Of a stretch of DNA of 64,000 nt, positions 18,706-28,414 are shown piece after piece. Made by a program: the position numbers and the translations under genes. Each line of letters begins with the position of its first letter. Within the stretch, counting starts at the first letter, position 1. Where the stretch lies: the IMG/VR virus record IMGVR_UViG_3300050581_000221. One strand, 5' to 3'. The notes beneath the pieces were generated by a model that was given only the letters and a program-made list of their open reading frames with translations, was not told where the DNA came from and ran no database searches. Origin of the DNA: a virus.

Positions 18706-19686
18706 ATGGCCTACGAACGATTTGCGAACGGCGGTCTCTCTTCGCTGGACGCCGGCATCGACAACGACGATCTCACGTTGACCGTGAAGTCGGCTGTCGG
18801 ATTCCCCACCGGCGGCAACTTCCGCATCATCGTGGACAACGAGATCATGCTGGTTACGGATGTGCAGGGGAAGACCTTCACCGTCACGCGGGCGCAAGAG
18901 GGCACCAGCGCCGCTTCCCATGACGCCGATGCCGCTGTCTTTCACGTCCTTACGGCCGGTGCCTTGGCTCAACGCGATAGCGACCAGTTTGCCACCGGCG
19001 CAGTGGCGAACCGTGACGCTGCCGGACAGGCGGGACGGCTCTATCTGCCGACCGATGGCTATATCGCCCGCGACAGCGGCGGCCTCGAATGGGAGCGGAT
19101 GCCCTTTTGGCGGTTCACTCCGCCCAGCGCCGGAGACTTCACTTGGGTCAACCAGGGTAGTGCCACTGTGACGGATCGTAAGGGGGTGATGGTCCTGGAG
19201 ACGCCGAGTGTGGCATCGGGCGAGAACCTGCGGTGTCTTGTCAAGTCCGCGCCGGCGACCCCTTACACGATTACCGTCGCCTTGCTGGCTCACAGCCCCA
19301 TCTACACGACTGGCTACACGCTTCCGCACTACGGCATCTGCCTGCGCGAGAGCGGTTCGGGCAAGTTGCTCATCTACGGCTTCGGCTATAACAGCTACCC
19401 GTTCCGCTTCCAGTACGCGCAGATGACGAACCCCACGACGATTACCACTGGTGGAATCGTGGACACAACCGCCCCCCGGCATTGGCCGCTTTGGCTGCGC
19501 GTCAGTGACGACGGCACCTATCGGCGGGTTTACGTCTCGGGGGATGGGGTCCGTTTTCAGCCTGCGGTGTCTGCCGAGTCCCGCACGGCGTTTCTCACGG
19601 CCGATCAGGTGGGCGTGTTCGCCAACAGTTGGAAGAACACCTACGTGCCGCGCGTCATTTCTTTCTTGCATTGGAGCGAGTCCTGA
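18706..19686 (+). CDS. Tail fibre/receptor-binding-like protein, paralogue 1
   Basis: Shared N-terminal module (GGNFRIIVDNEIMLVTDVQGKTFTVTRAQEGTSAASH...AAVFHVLT) with the next two genes; conserved internal PTDG and W(V)NQGSAT segments; divergent C-terminus. Confidence 0.5.
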   Translation: MAYERFANGGLSSLDAGIDNDDLTLTVKSAVGFPTGGNFRIIVDNEIMLVTDVQGKTFTVTRAQEGTSAASHDADAAVFHVLTAGALAQRDSDQFATGAVANRDAAGQAGRLYLPTDGYIARDSGGLEWERMPFWRFTPPSAGDFTWVNQGSATVTDRKGVMVLETPSVASGENLRCLVKSAPATPYTITVALLAHSPIYTTGYTLPHYGICLRESGSGKLLIYGFGYNSYPFRFQYAQMTNPTTITTGGIVDTTAPRHWPLWLRVSDDGTYRRVYVSGDGVRFQPAVSAESRTAFLTADQVGVFANSWKNTYVPRVISFLHWSES

Positions 19687-20669
19687 TGGCTGAGCAATTC
19701 AAGAACCTCGCGAGCACCACGCTCAACGGAGCGATTGACGATTCGGTCACCACGATTACCGTCGCCAGCGCGATGGGCTTCACGGGCGGCGACTTCCGCA
19801 TCCTCGTGGATAGCGAGATTATGAAAGTCACGGCCGTGAGCGGCTCGGACCTGACGGTCGCACGGGGCGCGGAGGGGACGAGTCCGAGTTCTCACGCTAA
19901 TGGCGCCACCGTTCGTCACGTCCTGACAGTCGGCGCGTTGGACGCCCACGACCAGAATGATCTAGTGGTCCGGGACGCCTATACCAGCAAACCCGCTGCC
20001 GGCGTGCCGGGGCGTATCTTTCTGCCCACCGATGGCATCTTCTTGGAGCGCGACAACGGCTCGGCGTGGGAGAAGTTCGGCCCGATCTGGCCGATGATCC
20101 CTCCGCAAATCTCGGACTTCCCGACCTGGGTGAACCAAGGCTCGGCGACCGTCATGGACAACAAGGGGGCGATTTGGTTTGAATCGCCGTCCGTGAGCGG
20201 CACCAACTACCGGCTGCGGGTGAAAGCCTATCCCAGCCCGCCGTTCACGGTGGAAATGGCGTTCATGTGTCTCCTTACCCCGAACACCAGCAGCTATCCC
20301 GGTGCCGGACTCGTCATCCGCGATGATGTGTCGGGCAAGTTGCAGCACTACGGTGTCTACGACACAAGTGGCAAGATCGGGGGCATCAATCGTCCCAGTC
20401 CCACGGGCAGTGCCAGCGCCATTACGGGTTGGCCTGGCTCTGGATCACTTGACCAGACGGAATCGGGTCTGGTGTGGGTCAAGTACGAGGACGACAACAC
20501 CAACCGCAAGATTTCGATTTCCACGGACGGCTACTCGTGGGTGCAGATGGTCAGCCTCTCCCGCACCGACTACCTGACACCGACACAAATCGGAATCTAC
20601 CTTCACGCGCCTCAGACCACCCCTGAGAGCAACCAGGGGGCAACCTTCTTTCATTGGAAACAAAGCTAA
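19686..20669 (+). CDS. Tail fibre/receptor-binding-like protein, paralogue 2
   Basis: ATGA overlap with paralogue 1; N-terminus GGDFRILVDSEIMKVTAVSGSDLTVARGAEGTSPSSH; same internal motifs. Confidence 0.5.
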   Translation: MAEQFKNLASTTLNGAIDDSVTTITVASAMGFTGGDFRILVDSEIMKVTAVSGSDLTVARGAEGTSPSSHANGATVRHVLTVGALDAHDQNDLVVRDAYTSKPAAGVPGRIFLPTDGIFLERDNGSAWEKFGPIWPMIPPQISDFPTWVNQGSATVMDNKGAIWFESPSVSGTNYRLRVKAYPSPPFTVEMAFMCLLTPNTSSYPGAGLVIRDDVSGKLQHYGVYDTSGKIGGINRPSPTGSASAITGWPGSGSLDQTESGLVWVKYEDDNTNRKISISTDGYSWVQMVSLSRTDYLTPTQIGIYLHAPQTTPESNQGATFFHWKQS

Positions 20670-21649
20670 TGGAAACCTTCGCCAACCAGGCCGTCACCAC
20701 GCTCTCAACCGCCATCAGCAGCGTGACCGCCACGAGTTGCACGGTCGTTGATGCCACGGCGTTCCCCGCCACCGGGAACTTCCGCATCAAAATCGACAGC
20801 GAAATCCTCATTGTCACGGCTCGCGCGGGCAACACCTTTACCGTGACGCGCGCGGCTGAGGGGACCACGGCGGCTACGCACGCCAGCGGCGCAAACGTCA
20901 TTCATCTTTTGACCAAGGGCAGCCTGGAGGCGCGGGTCGCCAACCGCTTCATCTCTGATGTCTACGCCAACAAGCCCGCCGCTGGAGTCAAGGGACGTTT
21001 GTTCCTGCCTACGGACGGACTGTTCCTGGAGTACGACGACGGGGCGGCTTGGCACAAGTACGGGCCGTACCGGCGGCTCAAAGCGCCGCCCGAGACTGGC
21101 TGGTCCTGGGTGAACCAGGGCAACGCCACGGCGACGTACATTGACGGTCGCGTGGTCATTGAAGACCCCGACCTCGATGCCGCTGATCCGCAGCTTCGCC
21201 TCTACGTCCGACCCGCGCCGCAATGGCCGGCGACACTGACGGTGGCGTATCTCTTCAATGGGATTGGCCCCGACACGCCACGCATGGGTTTCTGCATCCG
21301 CCAACACAGCCCCGGCATCAGCTATGACGGCTACATCGGTGCGTGCGGTGTCTTTCTGGGAAGTACGCAATGGCAGTCGTATGGCCAGTGGCTCACTTCT
21401 CCGACAAGCACGAGTTCGAGCTGGAGTTGGGACGATTACTTCCCTCCCCAACGGCTCATTTGGACGCGCTTCGAGATTTACGGCGATAGAAAGCGATTCT
21501 ATCTCTCCGCGGACGGCGTGAATTTCATCAAGGTGAAGGACGACAGCATGGGCAGCTATGCAATGCCCAATCAGGTCGGTATCTTCATCGACCCGACCGA
21601 CAACAACCAGCCTGTCTCCCTGTCTCTGGTGCATTGGGAAGAGAACTGA
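20669..21649 (+). CDS. Tail fibre/receptor-binding-like protein, paralogue 3
   Basis: TAATG overlap with paralogue 2; N-terminus TGNFRIKIDSEILIVTARAGNTFTVTRAAEGTTAATH; same internal motifs. Confidence 0.5.
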   Translation: METFANQAVTTLSTAISSVTATSCTVVDATAFPATGNFRIKIDSEILIVTARAGNTFTVTRAAEGTTAATHASGANVIHLLTKGSLEARVANRFISDVYANKPAAGVKGRLFLPTDGLFLEYDDGAAWHKYGPYRRLKAPPETGWSWVNQGNATATYIDGRVVIEDPDLDAADPQLRLYVRPAPQWPATLTVAYLFNGIGPDTPRMGFCIRQHSPGISYDGYIGACGVFLGSTQWQSYGQWLTSPTSTSSSWSWDDYFPPQRLIWTRFEIYGDRKRFYLSADGVNFIKVKDDSMGSYAMPNQVGIFIDPTDNNQPVSLSLVHWEEN

Positions 21650-21652
21650 GCG

Positions 21653-24211
21653 ATGGCCCAGACCGGCAAGCTCGGCACCGTCGATTCCCAACTGGCGAAT
21701 CTGCAACTGGCGTTCACGACTGCCGATCCGGCCCTGCCTTCGGTCACGACGGAGAGCGGCCGGTTCGGTGGGCAGTTGGGAGAAGTGGTTCTCGGCCTCG
21801 GCGGGATGATTGGCGCAAGCGTCATTCACCTTGCGGCCGAGACCGTGCTTGCCGCTGCGCAGACAGCGGACCCTGCCCCAACCTTCGCGCCCCATGCCTC
21901 TCCGCTCTGGGCGTTGGGCGGTCAAGACTGCCAATTGGGCGATACCGAGCTGGCCTTCGCCGGTGCGGACGCCGAGCCGCCCACGATTACTACCCAGAGC
22001 GGCCGGCTTGGCGTGCAATTGGGCGGTTTGGTCCCTGGCCTCGGTGGGCTGGTCGGCGCGGGCGTCATTCACCTCTCGGCCGAGAGCCTGCTGGCGATCG
22101 CGCAGACGGTCGATCCCGACCCAACGTTCGCGCCTCATTTGTCTCCCGCCTGGGTCTTGGGTGGCCGAGACGCCCAGCTTGGCGCGATCGAACCGGCGTT
22201 CGCCGGTGCCGAGGAGGGGCGGCCGGAGACTGACGACCAGACCGGCCAGCTTGGCACGCTCAATTCGCTCCTGGGCAACATGCGGCCCGCCCTGGGCGAG
22301 CAAGAGGGCGGCGGCGGAGCCAACATCCTCTACGCCAGCGCCGAGAGTGACTTGTTGCTCTCGACTGATGCCGGCACGAGCGCCGTGCGGACCTGCGCGG
22401 CTTCTAGCGCACTGGTCCTGTTGGACGCTGCCGGGCGCAACAATCTCCTAAGCGGGGCCGCCGAGTCTACCGTCAGCTTGGGCGTGGCGGCCGACTTCAC
22501 GGTCGCGCGGGCGGCCGAGGCCGAGAGCACGCTGGCGCTGGTCGATGCCGCCGGGCGCAACAATCTGCTCAGCGGAGCGGCCGAATCTCCGATCAGCCTG
22601 GATGTAGCGGCTGGTTTCACGGCCGCATGGGCGGTGGCGGGCGAAAGTACGCTTGTCCTGACGGATGCGGCGGCCAATATCGGCGGCCAGCTTATCGAGG
22701 CGGCAGCCGAGTCCACACTGGTTCTGGACGTGGTGGCCGACTTCGCGGTCGCGCGGGCGGCGGCAGCCGAGAGCGCACTGGCCTTGGCCGACGCAGCCGG
22801 CCGCAATGATCTGCTCAGCGTCGGCGCTGAGTCCGCGATCAGCCTGGATACGGCGGCGGAGTTCGCGGTGGCACGGGCGGCAGCAGCGGATAGCGCGTTG
22901 GCCTTGGCTGATGCGGCGGGCCGTAACAACTTGCTTAGCGCCAGCGCCGAGTCGGCACTCAGTTTGACCGTCGAAGCGGCCCGCGTCTTGCCGGCCGTTA
23001 TCGACGTGGCGGCCGAGTCCGCGATCAGCTTGACCGGGGCCGCCGGGCGAAATAACATCATCGCTGCCGCAGCCACAAGCACCTTGGACCTAACCAGTGC
23101 GGCGACGTGCATTCATGTTGTCCCCACCTTGGTCAGCGCCGAGTCGGCGGTCAGCCTGGACACGGCGGCGGCTGCCTCGGTCGCGCGGACAGGATGGGCC
23201 TGGGATTGGATTCCTCTGTGGGACTGGGCGACCGTCACCGTTGTACGAAAGGTTGCCGCCCAAAGCCCCTTGGCGCTTGTGCAGACCGAAGTAACCGCTC
23301 GGCCGTGGTACTTGTCGGTTGCGACTCCGGTTCAGAACGTCACGGAGGAGTACGATCCACAACTTGACAGGATGGTCGAGCGGATCGAGGGTCTGCAAGA
23401 TGTAGCGAGCGTGGCCTTGCCGCGGTCTCTGACGATCAACCAGCCGATTCCGCTGGGGCAGGCGGCTTCGGTTGTCAAGGTCAAGGCGACGGCGATCGAC
23501 GTGTCGGCGGAAAGCGTCCTGGACCTGTTGGGCGAAATCCGCACCAACCAGTTGGGAAACGCTGGCACCTGGTTGGCGTTCACGCAATCGGCTGCCGTCG
23601 ATAGGTGCAAGCTCGTTCGGTCGGCGTTGGCATTGACCGCCGAGGCCGCCGTGGCGCGGAGTGGTCAGCGGGGTGCAGTCTCGTCGCTCGGATTGCATCA
23701 GTCGGCGACGTACTATCTGGTCTCGGCGGGCGTCCTTCAGCGGTATCACCCGTTTGTCGGCGCGGGGGAAGTGGGGGCTTTGACAACCCCGCCGCTTTCC
23801 CTTGAGGGCCCACGCCCCGGCGTCACGGCCTCGTTCCAATTGGTCTACCCGGCAAGCGGCCCCACTACCGACTCGGTGACGCTCCGGGCACCCAACTTCG
23901 GCAACAAGGACCGGCTCGGCTTCAACCGAGTGCTCCGCGAGACGCGCGGCGGGACGCTGATCGTCTTCGCCGATCCGATCTGGCCGAAGATACAGACCCT
24001 CGTGCTGAACTTCTCCGGCCTCACGAGCGATCAGACCCAGCAGTTACTTGCCTTCCTGGACGCTCATCTTGGCGAAGAAGTGGGCGTCTACGACTGGGAG
24101 CACCGCTACTGGACCGGGGTGATTACTACCCCGACCGAGCCGGTGGTCCAGGACGGCCACGACCGCTTCTCGGCCAGTTTTGAGTTCGAGGGCGAGTTGG
24201 TCCCGGCATAA
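21653..24211 (+). CDS. Repeat-rich tail protein with lambda gpM-like C-terminal domain
   Basis: 852 aa; 2.5 copies of an ~81-aa repeat; six ~40-aa Ala-rich tandem repeats; C-terminus LVLNFSGLTSDQTQQLLAFLDAHLGE...HRYWTGVITTP...FSASFEFEGE resembles the lambda gpM C-terminus. Confidence 0.5.
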   Translation: MAQTGKLGTVDSQLANLQLAFTTADPALPSVTTESGRFGGQLGEVVLGLGGMIGASVIHLAAETVLAAAQTADPAPTFAPHASPLWALGGQDCQLGDTELAFAGADAEPPTITTQSGRLGVQLGGLVPGLGGLVGAGVIHLSAESLLAIAQTVDPDPTFAPHLSPAWVLGGRDAQLGAIEPAFAGAEEGRPETDDQTGQLGTLNSLLGNMRPALGEQEGGGGANILYASAESDLLLSTDAGTSAVRTCAASSALVLLDAAGRNNLLSGAAESTVSLGVAADFTVARAAEAESTLALVDAAGRNNLLSGAAESPISLDVAAGFTAAWAVAGESTLVLTDAAANIGGQLIEAAAESTLVLDVVADFAVARAAAAESALALADAAGRNDLLSVGAESAISLDTAAEFAVARAAAADSALALADAAGRNNLLSASAESALSLTVEAARVLPAVIDVAAESAISLTGAAGRNNIIAAAATSTLDLTSAATCIHVVPTLVSAESAVSLDTAAAASVARTGWAWDWIPLWDWATVTVVRKVAAQSPLALVQTEVTARPWYLSVATPVQNVTEEYDPQLDRMVERIEGLQDVASVALPRSLTINQPIPLGQAASVVKVKATAIDVSAESVLDLLGEIRTNQLGNAGTWLAFTQSAAVDRCKLVRSALALTAEAAVARSGQRGAVSSLGLHQSATYYLVSAGVLQRYHPFVGAGEVGALTTPPLSLEGPRPGVTASFQLVYPASGPTTDSVTLRAPNFGNKDRLGFNRVLRETRGGTLIVFADPIWPKIQTLVLNFSGLTSDQTQQLLAFLDAHLGEEVGVYDWEHRYWTGVITTPTEPVVQDGHDRFSASFEFEGELVPA
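21758..22330 (+). repeat. About 243-bp (81-aa) tandem repeat, 2.5 copies, inside the tail protein gene
   Basis: Repeat units SGRFGGQLGEVVLGLGGMIGASVIHLAAETVLAAAQTADPAPTFAPHASPLWALGG / SGRLGVQLGGLVPGLGGLVGAGVIHLSAESLLAIAQTVDPDPTFAPHLSPAWVLGG. Confidence 0.6.
22410..23130 (+). repeat. Six tandem ~120-bp repeats inside the tail protein gene
   Basis: Peptide unit LALVDAAGRNNLLSGAAESxISLDVAAxFTVARAAEAES recurs with variation; nucleotide period about 120. Confidence 0.6.
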
Positions 24212-24231
24212 CCTCTGGCGAGGAGAGGCCC

Positions 24232-24630
24232 ATGTTCACGCTTACAGCCCCTTATCCGCTTTTGCAGACCACGACGCTGCTGCCTAATCCGCAATTTAGC
24301 GATCAGGAGGGCCTGACGGCGACCGTGACCCGCAAGCTGGCGATGGACGGCACCCGTTACACCTACGTCAAGCGCAAGGGCGACCGCCGGAAGCTGAAGT
24401 GGACCTTCCGGCTGATGCGCAACAAGGGCCTCGAATTGCGGGCCTTCCTCTTCGCCTACTTCGCCTCGCCAGTGAGGATCATCGACCACAACGGGCGGGT
24501 GTGGATCGGCAACTTCACCAACAATCCGTTCGAGTTCGACACTGCCCAGAAGGCCGGGCCGGCGATCAGCCCGATGCCGCGCGGCGAGGCCCAGATGATC
24601 GAACTCGAATTCGAGGGAGTCGAGCAGTGA
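24232..24630 (+). CDS. Lambda gpM-like minor tail protein
   Basis: 132 aa; ELRAFLFAYF...HNGRVWIGNF...EFEGVEQ resembles lambda gpM (EATVLESFLEEHGG...VEFSAEFEQV); RBS GGCGAGGAGAGG. Confidence 0.5.
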   Translation: MFTLTAPYPLLQTTTLLPNPQFSDQEGLTATVTRKLAMDGTRYTYVKRKGDRRKLKWTFRLMRNKGLELRAFLFAYFASPVRIIDHNGRVWIGNFTNNPFEFDTAQKAGPAISPMPRGEAQMIELEFEGVEQ

Positions 24631-27521
24631 GAAATATATCACCAGCCGGATTGGCGAAACTGGCGAACCGCTACGGCAACGAACCCATCACCATCATTGA
24701 GGTGGACTGGGTGGCCGGGAGCACCGTGTGCTATGCCGACCGCACCGTGGGGACGATTCCGGGCCGGATCGTGGAGGTCGGCGACCTGGATAACGTGGTC
24801 AACGTGAGCAACAGCAGCGGGTCGCAGTCGCTTGCTGTCACGCTGGACGACACGGATGGTTCGATCAAGGCCATCATGGACGCCCACGACGTTCACAAGC
24901 GGACCTGCCGGGTCTACCAGTATTTCTCGGGCCTTGATCTGGCCGACAAGTTTCTGCTCTTCAGCGGCAAGGTGAGTTCGCCCATCAGTTGGAGCGAGCG
25001 GGACCGGACGGTGAAGTTTACGATCCTCTCGCAACTGGAAGACAAGGAGATCGGCTTCTCTGCCGAGGAAGGCCAGTTCCCTTACCTGCCGGCAGACATG
25101 GTGGGCAAGGCGTGGCCGATGATCTTCGGCAAGGTGGTCAACTGTCCGGCACTCCAGGTCAACAAGGCGGTCACGGGCACGACGCTCACCGGCGTAGGTA
25201 TCCTCAGCGGCATGGACTTGTGGGCCTCGTTGTCGGACGGTGCCGACGACTCGGAATTCACCATGAGCCTCATGCAAATGGTGGTTGAGCGGAATCACTA
25301 TGCTGAGGTGAAGGATTGCTGGGCACCCGCGTTTCACCCGCCGGTAGACGCCCAGAAGGCGGCAGAGCTTCAGCAGCGCGTTGACTCGCTCAATCAGCAG
25401 ATCAACGCCGCCGTGGCCCGCCGCGACAAACAGCGGGCTTGCGCTTTAGCCCGCCGGCAGCAACAGATCGACGAGGCTTTCGCCCAAGGGGAAGGCGAGA
25501 ATCCCATTCGCATCCTGGGCGGCGAGGACTTTCCCCAGGGGCAGACTTTGACCATCAACATCAACGGCGGTCTGTTTACCGGGCACTTTGAGGGCGAGTT
25601 GTTCCGTGTCCAGAGCCGGCAGCACCCGGCGGACGATGCCACGGCCGCCGATGCCTATGCGGAAAAGACCCAGGAGCCGGCTGTCTGCCTGGAGCCGACA
25701 CAGACCCGGTACTATCGGTACGAGGATGAGATTCCGCCAGGCTGCGGTGCGCGGCCGTCTTGGCAGAAGACGATTCTTCACTACGGCGTGATAACGACGA
25801 TCAGCCAGGCCACCACGCACCAGATGGACACCGAGCCGGTGGCCCAACATTTCTGGGTCGATCCCGGCGCGTCGGTGAAGATCGCCAGCGACGAGCCGAT
25901 TACCTACATCGTCTCCATCGTGCCCGGCACTGTCTTGGCGGTGAAAGCCTACAAGCAACTCACCGGGGAACGGCGGCTGGTGGACGTGCCCACCGATCTC
26001 TACAGGGTCGAAAGCCATGCCTACGGGTCGGTGACCGCCGTGCAGATCGTCGTCAACAAGCCCCTCTCGTCCATCACGGATCAGGGATGGAGCGATGATC
26101 TCTACGTGACCATTCAGTCGAGCGTCGGCCCGGACACCGTGAACATCCTCAAGTACCTGATCGCCAACTACACCGATCTGACGTGGGATGCCACGTCGTT
26201 CAACCATGTCCAGGAGAAGCTCCAGCCATTCCCGGCGAACTTCCCGATCTTGGACCGCAAGAACGCGATCCAGGTGTTGCAGGAGATCGCCTTTCAGGCC
26301 CGCTGCGCCATCTGGCTCAGTAACGGCGTCTTCTACCTCAAGTACCTGCCCGAGGAGCCGACACCAGCCGGCACGATCACCGTGAGCGACATCGACGCCG
26401 AAAAGGGAATCGAGGTGGAGCTAACCAGTACGGAAGACATCGTGACCAAGATGGTAGTCAAGTGGCGGCTGAGTTGGGCGGACATCTCGGACCAGCCCAA
26501 GGACAAGGCCGAGAAGACGATCATCCTGCGGCACAACGTCAATAAGTACGGCACTCAGGAGCAGGAGTACGACTGGTACATCTACAACCAGCCTGACATC
26601 GTGTACAAGTGCGCGACGTTCTGGCTGATTCGCAAGGCGAAGACCTGGAAGCGGATCAAGTTCAAGACCTTCTTGAACAAGTTGAACCTGGAGACCTTCG
26701 ATGCCGTGACGCTGGACTTCGACCAGTCCTATGTGGCCAACGGGCCGGTGCTGGCAATTGTGGAGAGGGCCAACTACAACTCGGCGGACAACTGCGTCGA
26801 TTTCGAGTGCCTAGTGCCGGTGCTGGCCGGCACGATGGAGCCGTACCACTTCTTCTGGCCGGCGGCGCTGCCGCAAACGGACACCTGGCCGCCCGCCAAC
26901 GAGATCGCGGCCGGGTGCGCCGGAGGAGACGGGATCGGGGCGGGCGCGACGGGCAATTTGCCGGTGGGCGACACGACGACGATCCCGGACGGCAGCGTGG
27001 TCTTCGTCGGCGGCCCCAATGTCGTCTTCCGCGCGCAAAGCGATTGGGGTGACAATACGCCTACCGACGTGGGCTTCACAGCTCAGCCGGTTGTTGATAC
27101 GGCCACGTACATCAATCTTTCGCCCGGCTCGAAGCCGCGATTGAATCTGCGGACCTACCCCCGGCGGAGTCTGCCGGCCATCATGCCGGCTGCTTCGCCA
27201 GCCAGCGCGATCACGGTCGATATTCACCAGACCAAGATTCTCGATACGTCAGGAAGTGAAACCAAGGTCGCCTACCTCTCCTCGATTCTTCACGGCATCA
27301 ACGAGGACGGCAGCCTGACCATTGATCGTGGGGCGCTGGTGGCGGACGACGCGCATTCTGACGGGCAGCCATTGTCCGATGTGCTGAAGAATGGCGACGA
27401 GTATCTGGCGATCCGCACGGATGTTTCTATCTGGGACGCCGAAGACGGAGAGCACGAGTTTCATTTCCAGTACGACGAGGAAACCGAGAGGTTCGGCGCA
27501 GGGACGGCGTTTCTGCAATAA
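24627..27521 (+). CDS. Large tail protein (964 aa), possible tail-tip/host-specificity protein
   Basis: GTGA overlap with the gpM-like gene; RBS GAGGGAG; position after the M-like gene analogous to lambda L/K/I/J. Confidence 0.4.
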   Translation: MRNISPAGLAKLANRYGNEPITIIEVDWVAGSTVCYADRTVGTIPGRIVEVGDLDNVVNVSNSSGSQSLAVTLDDTDGSIKAIMDAHDVHKRTCRVYQYFSGLDLADKFLLFSGKVSSPISWSERDRTVKFTILSQLEDKEIGFSAEEGQFPYLPADMVGKAWPMIFGKVVNCPALQVNKAVTGTTLTGVGILSGMDLWASLSDGADDSEFTMSLMQMVVERNHYAEVKDCWAPAFHPPVDAQKAAELQQRVDSLNQQINAAVARRDKQRACALARRQQQIDEAFAQGEGENPIRILGGEDFPQGQTLTININGGLFTGHFEGELFRVQSRQHPADDATAADAYAEKTQEPAVCLEPTQTRYYRYEDEIPPGCGARPSWQKTILHYGVITTISQATTHQMDTEPVAQHFWVDPGASVKIASDEPITYIVSIVPGTVLAVKAYKQLTGERRLVDVPTDLYRVESHAYGSVTAVQIVVNKPLSSITDQGWSDDLYVTIQSSVGPDTVNILKYLIANYTDLTWDATSFNHVQEKLQPFPANFPILDRKNAIQVLQEIAFQARCAIWLSNGVFYLKYLPEEPTPAGTITVSDIDAEKGIEVELTSTEDIVTKMVVKWRLSWADISDQPKDKAEKTIILRHNVNKYGTQEQEYDWYIYNQPDIVYKCATFWLIRKAKTWKRIKFKTFLNKLNLETFDAVTLDFDQSYVANGPVLAIVERANYNSADNCVDFECLVPVLAGTMEPYHFFWPAALPQTDTWPPANEIAAGCAGGDGIGAGATGNLPVGDTTTIPDGSVVFVGGPNVVFRAQSDWGDNTPTDVGFTAQPVVDTATYINLSPGSKPRLNLRTYPRRSLPAIMPAASPASAITVDIHQTKILDTSGSETKVAYLSSILHGINEDGSLTIDRGALVADDAHSDGQPLSDVLKNGDEYLAIRTDVSIWDAEDGEHEFHFQYDEETERFGAGTAFLQ

Positions 27522-27593
27522 GGCAAGTGCGGCTGTGCAAATGCCCAGGTGGAAACCCACCTGGGCATTTGCCTTCCTGGGAGGAGGCATCTT

Positions 27594-28169
27594 ATGGAAA
27601 GCGCGTTTGCTTGGCTGAATCAGCTATTCCAGGCCATTTACCAATTCTTCCCTCGCATCCTAATTGTGCGGGCGACTCACGGTGGGGTCAAATGGGTCAA
27701 AGGCAAACACGTCAAGTTGCTGGTGCCGGGGTTGCACATCTATTGGCCGCTTGTGACCGACGTGGAGGTAGTCGTGACCGCCCGGCAGACGCTCGCCATC
27801 CCGGACCAGGTGATGGCCACCAAGGACGGCAAGAAGGTGGTCGTGAAGACCTTGGTGGTCTACAAGATTCCCGACCCCGTGCGGGCCATCGGCAAGTTGA
27901 ACTGGGACGTGGACACCACGATCAACGACCTGACGCAATCCGCCGTGGTCCGCGTAATCGCTACGCACGCCTACGACGAGATCATGGCGGGCATCCAGGA
28001 CGAGAGCCTGACGAAGACCCTGACGAAAGAAACTCGCCGCGAACTGCGGCAGTTCGGTGTCCACGTCACCCGGTGCAAGCTGGTGGACTTCGCGGACTGT
28101 AGGGTCTTCAAGTTGCTCACTTCCCAAGCGGATCGCCAGGGGATGGCTACGCATCAGTTCTACCAGTAG
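27594..28169 (+). CDS. SPFH/band-7 (stomatin/prohibitin-like) domain membrane protein
   Basis: RBS GGGAGGAGG; N-terminal TM AFAWLNQLFQAIYQFF; SPFH-like core ILIVRATHGGVKWVKGKHVKLLVPGLHIYWPLVTDVEVV...QVMATKDGKKVVVKTLVVYKIPDPVRA. Confidence 0.6.
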   Translation: MESAFAWLNQLFQAIYQFFPRILIVRATHGGVKWVKGKHVKLLVPGLHIYWPLVTDVEVVVTARQTLAIPDQVMATKDGKKVVVKTLVVYKIPDPVRAIGKLNWDVDTTINDLTQSAVVRVIATHAYDEIMAGIQDESLTKTLTKETRRELRQFGVHVTRCKLVDFADCRVFKLLTSQADRQGMATHQFYQ

Positions 28170-28328
28170 GGCCCTCGGTGGCCCGCCTTGCATCCACCAT
28201 CGTCAAACACGTGGTCGTTGACCGTGTCGATGTTCTCGCCTCGGCAGGTCTTGCACGTTCCGAGTCATTCGCCCGCACCGCTTCGATTCATCGGTCGATG
28301 TGACCGAAGCACGGAATCAGTGGCGGTG

Positions 28329-28359
28329 TTGTATCCGACTGGCAACGCTTTCATAATAT
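28329..28359 (+). promoter_or_regulatory. Sigma70-like promoter candidate in an AT-rich patch
   Basis: TTGTAT (-35), 17-nt spacer, CATAAT (-10), about 55 nt upstream of the 28415 start; conspicuously AT-rich in a GC-rich genome. Confidence 0.3.
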
Positions 28360-28414
28360 GATTCGTGATTTGGGGATGGGGTGAAGGGAACCGGATCGGG
28401 ACGAGAAGAAGCAA

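Noticed and set aside
18706-21649. Diversity-generating retroelement acting on the fibre genes
   Set aside because: No reverse transcriptase gene and no near-identical template/variable repeat pair are visible.
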